A stretch of 64,000 bases of DNA from an uncultured Chloroflexia bacterium (GTDB lineage Bacteria; Chloroflexota; Anaerolineae; B4-G1; SLSP01): positions 32,001 through 96,000 of the forward strand of contig CAVVUS010000040.1 in assembly GCA_963751345.1 (NCBI GenBank), read 5' to 3'. Every line of letters starts with the position of its first letter. Within the stretch, counting starts at the first letter, position 1. The notes under the pieces were generated by a model, which saw only the letters and a list, made by a program, of their open reading frames with translations, had not been told where the DNA came from and did not search any database. Position numbers and translations under genes: made by a program. This document shows, piece after piece, positions 44,840-54,405 of this stretch.

Positions 44840-45240
44840 AACCGCTCCGAGATCAGCCATTCCTTCGCGGCTTCGTAGTCGTCGAAGAATTTGCTGTTCC
44901 GGGGCCAGGAGACGCCTTTGACCCATGTGTCGTAGATGCGCTCGATCCGCGAGACGTACAGGATCGCCATCTTTCGGATAGAGTTCTTGGGTTGAGTTGC
45001 CCACCGACCAAAGAAAGAGGCGAGCTCCGGCTGAACGGTGGCACGATGAAGTGCCACCGCTACAAGAAGCGAATTCTCCGGGCTGCGCGAGATCACGGCC
45101 TCCGAGGCTGCGATCTCGGCGATCAGTCCGGCGCGGTCTGACCCAAACTCAGAGAAATCGAGACACCAGAGCGGCACCTCGCGATACGTGACCCACGTGG
45201 CACGCGCCCGCTGATTCACCGATCTCTGTGACCCCGCCAC
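44836..45240 (-). CDS. Hypothetical protein (possibly STAS/SEC14-like)
   Basis: 134-aa ORF ending KFFDDYEAAKEWL. Confidence 0.55.
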   Translation of the reverse strand: MAGSQRSVNQRARATWVTYREVPLWCLDFSEFGSDRAGLIAEIAASEAVISRSPENSLLVAVALHRATVQPELASFFGRWATQPKNSIRKMAILYVSRIERIYDTWVKGVSWPRNSKFFDDYEAAKEWLISERF

Positions 45241-45410
45241 CGATCGAGCGCTATCGACAAGCCCCCGGTCAGGATGCCGATCCCCAAGCCCAGCCCGATA
45301 TTGCCCAGAGCAGCGCCGAGGGCGACGCCCAAGGCTATTCCAACGCCCATGCCGGTTCCGGCCCGCTTGACCCGGTCATCCCTGGGATGCTTGTCGCTCG
45401 AACCATCCAT
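45216..45410 (-). CDS. Small glycine-zipper membrane protein
   Basis: GMGVGIALGVALGAALGNIGLGLGIG; AAGGAG RBS. Confidence 0.65.
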   Translation of the reverse strand: MDGSSDKHPRDDRVKRAGTGMGVGIALGVALGAALGNIGLGLGIGILTGGLSIALDRWRGHRDR

Positions 45411-45574
45411 TGCTCCTTCTCCTTCGGAGACCCCGTGCCCATTCTCTCGCCCGAGAGGGGGCCCGAGTCCCAAAAACTGTCAGCCCTTGCCAGTCACTGC
45501 CTGACGCAGTATAGCGCGTTCCATCCCGGAAGGTACGCGTTCACCTACGCAGGGTCGCTGGTACCGCGACACCT

Positions 45575-45608
45575 ACCTTCCGGGTTGCTGAGGAGCAACC
45601 CGGAAGGT
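45575..45608. repeat. Perfect 15-bp inverted repeat downstream of the A2M gene
   Basis: ACCTTCCGGGTTGCT-gagg-AGCAACCCGGAAGGT; extra CCCGGAAGGT at 45525. Confidence 0.8.
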
Positions 45609-45678
45609 CCCACAACGCAGGTGCGTGCCGCTTTACCGGCGCAGACGGCGGTGCCCCGCTGGCACTTCGCCCTGTCTC

Positions 45679-48600
45679 CTACTCCCCGCCCACCACCGTC
45701 AGCGTCAATGGTGCTGACCTCCGCCGCGGTGCCCGGGTTATAGTAGTCGTATGCCGTGCTCGCCGGCGTCTGCGCCACCAGCGGGAAGGACGCTCGCAGA
45801 CGATAGCTGAAACTGAGCGGCTGCTCTGCTGTCAGGTTCGTGACGTAGAGGATGATCTGGCGTCCCGTCAGTTCGTACCGCTTGACCTGCGCGTAGGGAT
45901 AGTCCTCGGGCACGTCCTGGAAGCGGGCGACCAGCCGGTCCAGATCCTCGGTCTCCACAGTGAAGCCCGGCGGCAACCCCAGGTCGATGATGGTCTGCTC
46001 GGCCGAGCTGCCCGGCTCGTTGAGGCTCACGCTCACGTCCACGCCCACCGTGTCGTCGACCGCGAGCTCGGTCCGGTCGTAGCTTACGTCGATCGTCACG
46101 AGGTCCTTGGCCGGAACCAGGTCGGGGTAGTCGCTCAGCCGGTCCCAGGGCAGGTAGTAGTCGGTCGCGACCTGGTACATCAGGTTGCCCTCGCCCTCGA
46201 TCGCGATGCCCACCTCCACGTCGCGGCCCACCGGCACGTCGTCGTAGACGACCGACTGCACGACGTCGAAGGTCTCGGGCGTGACCCGAACGGTGCGCGT
46301 CTGCCCGCCGTCGAGCGTGATCGTGACGGTTGCGTCGACGTTCTCCGCGCCGGAACGCACGCTCTCGACGAAGGCCTTGAGCGCCATCACGGTCGCCGAC
46401 GTCGTCTCCCACGTGCCGAAGCTGTCCTTGCTGCGGACGAGGTAGGTGAGCGCAGCGCTCGCCAGATCGGGCTGGCGGCCCGCGCGCAAGAAGGCCAAGC
46501 GCCGCGGAGGCCGTCGTCTCCAACCGCCCGCTGGTGCCATAGCCGCCCATATAGGTCTCGCGTCCGGCATCCCAGAAGGCCGACTCGCCCTCGCGCTGCG
46601 CCATCCCGGCGAGGCGGGCGAGCACGCCCTCGGTGGCACCGGTGATGCCGCCGGTCTTGACGTCGACCGCGACGAGCGCGTTGGCCACCATCGCCAGGTC
46701 GTAGGCCGTCTCGGCCTCTGAGGCGTTCTCGCGCAGGAAGCTCGCCCCGCGCTGGGTCGCGGCATCATCCGCGTAGCCCGCGTCGGCCAGCCCCCAGACG
46801 ATCCACGCCGTCACCGGCACCCGGCCCGTCAGGCCGGTGATGCTCGTCTCGTGGAAGCCCTCGACACCCTCCCAGGAGCCGTCGCCGTTCTGGTGGGCGA
46901 TGAGCCAGTGGGCGACCCGTTGGATGAGCGCAGGATCGACGTTCGCCACGCGACTCATGTCGCCGAACTCCTGCAGGCCATAGGCGGTGAGCATCGGGTC
47001 GGCCGGCGCCTCGCCGAAGAGGCTGAAGCCGCCGGGGTCGCCGTCGACCTCGAACGTGGTCAGCCGCTGGTAGCCGAGGTTGATGTACTCCTCCGCCTTC
47101 ATCTGCACCTCGGGCGAGGCCTGCTCCGTGGTCTTGAGGTAGTCGAGCACAAGTATGTTGGGATAGGTGGTCGACGAGGTCTGCTCGAAGCAGCCGAAGG
47201 GCATCCGCAGCAGCGCGTCGAGCCCCTCCACCACCTGGCTGACCACGCCGGGGTAGATCTTGACCGTCAGCCGCTGGGTGCCGGCGATCGCGTCGCCGGG
47301 GACCTGCACCGGCACCGCCGCGGGCACCGTCGGGCTCAGCTTGTCGGAGACGGCGAAGCGAAGCTCCTTGCCGTCGGGGTAGACCCGCACGTCCTTCTGG
47401 ATCGCGTCGGACATCTGGCTCCCGTACGCCGTCACCTTGAAGGGCTGCTGCCCGAAGGCCAGCGCCTTGATGCGGAAGTAGACGACGGTGATGTCGTTCG
47501 ACGCGATGGTGATCTCCTTCTGCGCGTCGTCGACGAGCTCGAACCACGACGCCTCGGTCACCTCGAGGCGGACCGTCTGGGACTCCGGCAGGTAGTTGTA
47601 GACCGCGACCGGGACAGCGATCTCGTCGCCGACGGTGAGCGAGCCGGGGAGATCGAGGTCGATGAAGAAGTCCTGGAAGACGCGCAGCGAGCCCGTGGCG
47701 CTGCCCAGCCGTCCATCCTGCGAGGAGGCCAGCGCTGCGATGCGCCAGGTGGTGATCGAGTCGGCCACCGGGACGTCGACGGTCAGGTGACCCTCGGCGT
47801 CGGTGATCTCGTCGGGCAGCCAGAGCATCGTCTCGGGGAAGAACTGGCGCAGCCGCGGCTCGGCGGTCTGTGCCACGCCGCTGCCGGCGGCCTCACCGGT
47901 TGTCGCGCCGTCGTTCAGGAGTCCGGCGGCCTTCTCCGCCACGGCCGTAGGCAGAGCCGCGCCAAACGCACGTTCCAGCATCGGCGGGGCCATGGCCTCT
48001 CTCCACGACAAGGCCCTGGTCAAAAGCGTCCGCGGCGCCCATCACGCCCATCCCACGCCCATAGAAGCCCAACCCGAAGACGGGCACCAGCCCCACCAGC
48101 AGCAGGATGGCTACCATCGTGGACGAGACGCCCGCAAGCGCGCGTTTCTCCCAGATCAGGCTCGTGCCGCGCAGGAGGAAGGCCAGCGGGAAGAGCAGAA
48201 TCGCGATCAAGCCCACGATGAGCACAGGGTCCGCGGAAGAGACGTCGCCGTGGTCGACCGACCAGCCCATCACGCCGCCCACGACGATGGCGAGCGGCAC
48301 TACCGCGAGCAGCAGGCCGATCGTGAGGTCCTTGCGCCGTATCGCCGTCACGATCAGCACGATAAGACCCGCGACCCCGAGCAGGCCAAGCGATAGGACC
48401 ACGACCGTCGTAAGCACCTCCTGCGTCCGCCAGAAGACATTGTCCGCCAGCCAGACCAGGCCCAGGAGGCTCAGCCCGGCAAGGATCACGATCGCCACAG
48501 CGAGGCCGAGGCTTTTCCAGAACGCCCGCGCGCGGGCAGCAGCCACGCCGCTGAGCACCACCGCCGCGAGCGGCAGGAGGACGAAGGCGCCGAACGAGAC

Positions 48601-50679
48601 CGTGGCGAGCGATCCGTAGAAGGCCTGCTGCCGCGCGTAGGCGCGGTCCATCGCCTGCTCGTGCGAGTTGGCCTCCAGCGAGAAAGGATCGGCCTGCGGG
48701 ATCGCCGAGGCAAGCGCGGCCTTGCCCGCGCCCTCCTGGGCCGCCTGCAGCGGCGCAGGGCAGGTCGTACCGTCACCGGTCGAGCACGGCTGCGAGACCA
48801 TCTCAGGGATACTAAACCCGTGCAACTCGTACTTGGGCTCCAGGAGCTCCTGTTCCAGCATGAAGTAGAGCTTGGCGAAGCCGGGGTCCTGCTCGGCAAG
48901 GGCGAAGACCGACTCGTCGACGATCGCCAGCCCGACGGCGGACTGCACGCCGCCGCCATCTGCGCCGCTGACCTGGACGTCAAGCGTGCCGTCGTCGCCG
49001 GGCCGGTAGACGTCGGCGCCCGCGATCAGGCCGACCGAGAGATCACTGGCCTCGTCCACGACGACCAGGCGCGTGTCGCGGACGATGGCGCCGCTGGACA
49101 GGATCTTGTACGCGTGCAGCTCCAGCGTGCCGTAGAGGTCGGGCGTGAGATCCACCGCGACCTCGGCGTGACCGTCGGCCACGTCCACCGCGCGGGTGCT
49201 CACCGTCTGCCCCTCGCGGATAATGTCGAGGTAGACGGTGCCGCGCTGCTGGGAGGTGAGGATCGTGAGCCCCATCGTGTCGCCCACGCGGTAGATGGCG
49301 CCGTCCGGGCGCAGGAGCACGCTCTCGCTCGCGCCGGTGCCCTCAAAGGCGACCTCGCGCTGCGCCGTCGTGCCCGCCGCGTCGCGGGCGGAGATACTCA
49401 TCGAGGTATAGGAGCTGCTCGGCGTGAAGCGCAGCTCGGCCAGCCCGTAAGTGCCCGAGTGCGCCGTCAGCGTCTCGCCCGTGTCGTAGAGCGTGACGGT
49501 CACGTCCGCCTCGACGGGCGCGCCGTCGGGCGTGCTCGTCATCACGTAGAGGACGTTCTCGACGCCCTCGCGGAGCAGGCCGCCCTCGGGGATCGCGTCG
49601 ATGACCAGCGCGTCGCTCGCCACGGGCAGCGAGAGCTGCCCCACCTCGGTGTGCTCTGCGAGATCGGTCACGCGCGCCTCGACGTAGAACCGCGCGCGCC
49701 CGTCCTCCAGATCGGAGCCGGCGATGTAGGTGGGCAGGTCAAAACCAAACGTGAAAGCGCCCTGGTCGTCGGTCACCCCGTCGATCGTGACGGCGACGAC
49801 ACGCTCAAAGTCGAAGGTATACCCTTCGATCGCGACCGTGCCGCCTGCCACGTCCTTGCCGAAGAAGTAGCGCGCGGAGAGCGTGCCCTCGACGTGGTCG
49901 CCGGGCCGGTAGAAGTCGCGGTCGGTCGTCAGCGTCACGTCGAACTTGGGCAGCGTGTAGTGCTCCACGGTCACCGTCTTCTCGGAGACCGTGTCGCCGA
50001 GCGTCGCCGTGATCTTGTAGGCGCCGCTGTTGACCTCGTCGGCGAGTTGGAAGTCGGCGGCGGCCACGCCGTACGCCGAGGTCGTCAGCGTCCGGCGGAA
50101 GACGGTATTGCCCTTGCCGTCGGCCACGGCGATCTCGACGGAGCTGGTTGCCCGCGGGGACGCGGTCGAGGCTGCCCAGCCCCAGCACGCGGATGTGGAT
50201 GACCTGGCCGGGCTGGTAGAGCGGCTTATCGGTGGAGACCAAGAGGCGATAGCTGCGCACCAGCGTCACCGGCTTCTCCAGCCGGTCGGACCCGAGCGAC
50301 GAGGTCGTCTCGACGACCAGCGTCTCCTCGGTGGCGGCACGTCCATGACGACGTCATCGGGCACAGTGAAGCTGACGGGCAGCGTGCCGTCCGCGTTCGT
50401 CTGGCCCTCGAAGAGCGGCGCGCCGGCCCCACCCTCGGTCGGGCGAAGCAGCACCTTCACGCCCGCGCCGGAGAGCGGCGAAGCATCGCGGCTGTCGCGC
50501 ACGACGACGCGCATAGCCGCCGTGCTGCCGGGCACCAACTGCGATTGGCCCAGAACAATGGTCTCGTGCTGGCTCAGACGCTGGGGCAGCGTCTCATTGT
50601 AGACGACGAGACCCACGAGACTGAGGGCAACGAGAACGACGAGGGCGAGTCCTACGGCTATCCAACCTCTGCGGGACAT
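45679..50679 (-). CDS. Alpha-2-macroglobulin family protein with N-terminal anchor and internal polytopic TM insertion; several frameshifts
   Basis: STDKPLYQPGQ, HYTLPKF, AIVDESVFAL, RQFFPETMLW, DSITTW, thioester PFGCFEQT, YDYYNP; AAGGAG RBS. Confidence 0.9.
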
Positions 50680-50905
50680 AGGGCAGCTCCTTCTATGGTT
50701 GATGACGGAACGTCGAGTGCGACCGCGCGGTTGCCGTCGCACATACTATTGACGTCCGCCACCGCTGCAGGGTTCCCTTTGTCGAGCGGAAGCACGCACA
50801 GGCCCTGCGAAGGTCGGGCCCGCGCTTGCTGGCGGATATGGCTGAGGAAGCAACAGCGCCTTGCCTACGAAGCGCGATGCCAACCTTCACAAGGCCCTCG
50901 TGAGG

Positions 50906-51627
50906 CTAAACCCCGCGGAGTGCGACGTGGTCGATCCAGCGGCTGGCGCAGGCAGCCATATCCAGCAGCTCAGACGTCGGATAGGGGGCGGCACCTTCCA
51001 GGGCGGGATCGAGAGTGCGTATGCCACGGAACTGCTGCAGCACGTACGAGACTGACTTCCGATCCCCGCACTCAGCCAGCCACTGCGCGATGGCCTCGAC
51101 ATCGTCGCCGTCCAGGAGGCCCGGGACGACAGTCGTGCGGAACTCTACTGTGACGCCGCTCCGGCAGAGAAGGTCAACCGACGCCGCCACTTGGCCGACA
51201 TCCACGGACTCGACGTCCGGAGAGACGCGAATACTTAGTCCGGGGCGCTTTCACGTCCATCGCCACGTAGTCTACGACGCCGGTGTTGAGGAGGTCTGCC
51301 AGGCGATCGGGATGCGTGCCGTTGGTATCGAGCTTGACCGCCACACCCCGGGCACGCGCCGCCGACAGGAACGCGGGGAGCCCCTGCTGCAACAGAGGCT
51401 CCCCGCCGGTCACGACGATGCCGGTCACCTTGCCTGCCCGCCGCGTGAGGAAAGCCAAGACCTCCTCCGGATCAACGGCGGGCAGCGAATGAGGCCTGCA
51501 ACACCAGGTCGGCATTGTGGCACATAGGACATCGGAAGTCACACCCCCCTGTGAAGAGAACCGTGGCGATGTGATCGGGAAAATCGATCAGCGACGTCCG
51601 CGCCCAGCCTCGGAGGTCGATCTCCAA
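50906..51627 (-). CDS. nrdG: Anaerobic RNR activating enzyme (radical SAM); frameshifted
   Basis: SLIDFP..GCDFRCPMCHN, TGGEPL, KLDTNG, EFRTTVVP. Confidence 0.88.
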
Positions 51628-51672
51628 GGCTGGGACTCTTGAGGCTTCGAGCTCGACGTGACTTGTAGACCT

Positions 51673-51702
51673 GAGATCCTTCGCCTGCGGCTCAGGATGA
51701 CA
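51673..51702. repeat. REP-like element GAGATCCTTCGCCTGCGGCTCAGGATGACA
   Basis: Imperfect hairpin (ATCCT..AGGAT); partial second copy at 43732. Confidence 0.75.
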
Positions 51703-51717
51703 ATTCAACATGCAGTC

Positions 51718-51897
51718 CTAACTGACAGGCAGCTTCTCGTCTACTTTGAAGGCCTTCCGCTCCACGAACTCCTGGCGCTTGCCCTGGTTCCACGCCTGGA
51801 CGGGGCGCAGGTATCCCACCACTCGCGAGTAGACCTCGCAGGGTACCTTGAGTTCGACGTTCTCCCGCTCGGTTATCGGTTGCTTGTTCTCCGCCAT
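51718..51897 (-). CDS. Stand-alone 59-aa NrdD glycyl-radical domain
   Basis: Manual translation MAENKQPITERENVELKVPCEVYSRVVGYLRPVQAWNQGKRQEFVERKAFKVDEKLPVS*; own AGGGGG RBS; shorter than any ORF in the track. Confidence 0.88.
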   Translation of the reverse strand: MAENKQPITERENVELKVPCEVYSRVVGYLRPVQAWNQGKRQEFVERKAFKVDEKLPVS

Positions 51898-51945
51898 TTG
51901 GATCCCCCCTGTTGTGTATCGAATTCAGAAACGCCTAATCGCTGG

Positions 51946-53979
51946 TCAACCTTCCGGCGCCGCCGGTCGACCATATTGCGCCAACTGCTCCTCGGTATGT
52001 TCGTAGGGGCAATACGTGTGCTCCCCCGCGATGTAGCCGTGGATCGGGCAGACGCTGAAGGTCGGCGTCAGCGTGTAATAGGGCAGCCGGTAATTCTCGG
52101 CCACGGTACGCACGAGACGCCTTGCCTGTTGCCAATCGTCGATCTGTTCACCGAGGAAGATGTGCAGCACGGTGCCCCCCGTGTAGAGCGTCTGGAGCTC
52201 GTCCTGATGGTCCAGCACCTCAAAGAGATCATCGCTGAAATCCACGGGCAGATGCGTCGAGTTCGTATAGTAGGGTGAGTCCGGGGTGCCCGCTGTGGCA
52301 ATCTCGGGATAGCGGGCTTTGTCCGTGCGCGCCAACCGGAAGGTAGCGCCCTCGGCAGGCGTGGCCTCGAGGTTATATAGGTTCCCTGTCTGCTCCTGGA
52401 AGCGCGCCAACACCTCTTGCATGAACTGCAGCGTACGGATGGCGAAAGCTTGACCATCCGGATGGTCGATCCCAACGCCCAGGAAGTTCTGGCATGCCTC
52501 GTTCATGCCATTGAGCCCTACAGTCGAGAAGTGGTTGCTCCAATAATGGCCGGTGCTCGCCTTCACGTTGCGCAGGTAGTGCTGGCTGTAGGGATAAAGC
52601 CCACGTTCCGTCAAGGACTCCAGCATCTTGCGCTTGATCTCCAGGCTGGTCTTCGCGACATCCATCAGATGCTCCAGATGGTCGCGGAAATCGCGCTCGT
52701 TCCTGGCAGTGTACCCCAGCCGCGCCATATTGATCGTGACGACGCCCACCGAGCCGGTGAGCGGTGCAGCCGCGAAGAGGCCCCCGGTTCGCTTCCGCAG
52801 CTCACGGTTGTCCAGCCGTAGGCGGCAGCACATACTTCGCGCATCCTCGGCGCTCATATCGCTGTTGATAAAGTTCGCGAAGTAGGGAATCCCATATCGG
52901 GCGGTCATCGCCCAGATCGGCGCAAGCTCGGAGTTGTCCCAATCGAAATCAGGCGTGATGTTGTACGTGGGGATCGGGAATGTGAAGACACGCCCCTGTG
53001 CATCGCCATCCAGCATCACCTCGGCGAAAGCACGGTTGATCAGATCCATCTCCGGCTGGAAGTCCCCGTAGACCGCTTCCTTTGGCTCACCGCCCACGAT
53101 CACCGGTTCGCTGGACAACGTGCTGGGCGGCGTCAGGTCCATGGTGATATTGGTGAACGGTGTCTGGAAGCCCACACGAGTGGGCACGTTGATGTTGAAG
53201 ACAAACTCCTGAAGTGCCTGCTTCACCTGCGTGAAATTCAGGCTGTCATACCTGACAAAGGGCGCCAATAGTGTGTCGAAGTTGGAGACGGCCACGGCCC
53301 CCGCCGACTCCCCCTGTAGCGTGTAGAAGAAGTTGACCAGTTGCCCCAACGCCGTACGCAAGTGTCGCGGGGGCTTGCTCTGCACCTTAGCAGGTACACC
53401 GCCGAAGCCCTGTTCGAGGAGATCCAGCAGGTCCCATCCGCAGCAATAGACGGAGAGCATACCCAAGTCGTGAACGTGGAGGTCTGCACTGGTATGCGCA
53501 GCCTGTACTTCCGGGGGATAAATGCGATGCAGCCAATAACGTGCTGCGATGGATGAGGCCACATAGAAGTTGAGTCCCTGCAGCGAGTAGTTCATGTTGC
53601 TGTTCTCGTTGACCCGCCAATCCGACCGCTGCAGGTAGTCATCGACCAGCTTCTCAGAATCCAGCAGCATCCGGTGGGTCTCCCGCGCCTGCGCTCGCTG
53701 CTGACGGTAGAGAATATAAGCCTTGGCAATCCGTGGATTGCCCGATTTGACCAGCACCTCCTCAACGACATCCTGGATATCTTCGACGTGCGGCGGCAGA
53801 CCGCTGCCGTTGATCCGCTCCTCCATTAAGCCGGTCACAGCCCACGAGAGCGTCTCAGCCCACGTGCGCCCTACCCCATTGCCCGAAGCGCGTGCCGCAG
53901 CGTAGATCGCCTCCTCGATCCGCTTTCGATCGAACGGCACAACCGCCCCGTCTCGCTTAACCACCCTTTCGACCGCCAT
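51946..53979 (-). CDS. nrdD: Class III ribonucleoside-triphosphate reductase with ATP cone, lacking the C-terminal Gly-radical loop
   Basis: VVKRDG ATP cone, YCCGW, FTFPIPT, SMCCRL, EATPAEG, YTGGT, CPIHGY..CP; no RVxGY; AAAGGAG RBS. Confidence 0.93.
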   Translation of the reverse strand: MAVERVVKRDGAVVPFDRKRIEEAIYAAARASGNGVGRTWAETLSWAVTGLMEERINGSGLPPHVEDIQDVVEEVLVKSGNPRIAKAYILYRQQRAQARETHRMLLDSEKLVDDYLQRSDWRVNENSNMNYSLQGLNFYVASSIAARYWLHRIYPPEVQAAHTSADLHVHDLGMLSVYCCGWDLLDLLEQGFGGVPAKVQSKPPRHLRTALGQLVNFFYTLQGESAGAVAVSNFDTLLAPFVRYDSLNFTQVKQALQEFVFNINVPTRVGFQTPFTNITMDLTPPSTLSSEPVIVGGEPKEAVYGDFQPEMDLINRAFAEVMLDGDAQGRVFTFPIPTYNITPDFDWDNSELAPIWAMTARYGIPYFANFINSDMSAEDARSMCCRLRLDNRELRKRTGGLFAAAPLTGSVGVVTINMARLGYTARNERDFRDHLEHLMDVAKTSLEIKRKMLESLTERGLYPYSQHYLRNVKASTGHYWSNHFSTVGLNGMNEACQNFLGVGIDHPDGQAFAIRTLQFMQEVLARFQEQTGNLYNLEATPAEGATFRLARTDKARYPEIATAGTPDSPYYTNSTHLPVDFSDDLFEVLDHQDELQTLYTGGTVLHIFLGEQIDDWQQARRLVRTVAENYRLPYYTLTPTFSVCPIHGYIAGEHTYCPYEHTEEQLAQYGRPAAPEG

Positions 53980-54224
53980 GTCTGGGGCCACTCCTTTCGA
54001 AATAAGTCCAGAGACAGCAAGACGCCCACGCATGTCACGTGGGCGTCCGGCAACCCACCGCAGGAACTCCACAGAGGCTACTCATCGGAGGAGGGGAATC
54101 CTCAGAGTGTCTCAGAGCGAGGTGCTGCTTGTTGAGCCCAGTAGGAAGAAAAAAGCAATGTAAAATGCAAACACACTGCTTGTTTGTATGAACCGGCCGT
54201 ATTTGGTTAGAAAGAGACCTAGAA

Positions 54225-54240
54225 ACACTGGATATAGGGG
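54225..54240. promoter_or_regulatory. Candidate NrdR box
   Basis: Minus strand CCCCTATATCCAGTGT resembles the acaCwAtATaTwGtgt consensus and lies between the promoter and nrdD. Confidence 0.5.
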
Positions 54241-54284
54241 GTGAAGATCGGCCAGTGCAACTAAAGTGTCACCGAGCTGTTCAT

Positions 54285-54313
54285 ACTATAGCACCGAAGC
54301 TGCCCTTTGTCAA
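54285..54313 (-). promoter_or_regulatory. Promoter of the nrdD operon
   Basis: TTGACA-17-TATAGT with TGn extended -10. Confidence 0.75.
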
Positions 54314-54405
54314 CGATAAGTTAGAACATCTGGGCGAGTTCGTAAGCCAATCGTCAGGTAGGGCAAAACCGGTTGCCGGTTGTCCGTTTCCAGTTGTCAG
54401 TACTG

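Noticed and set aside
53980-54284. Cobalamin riboswitch upstream of nrdD
   Set aside because: The conserved core elements (GGGAA, GCCACTG, B12 box) were not found on the minus strand.
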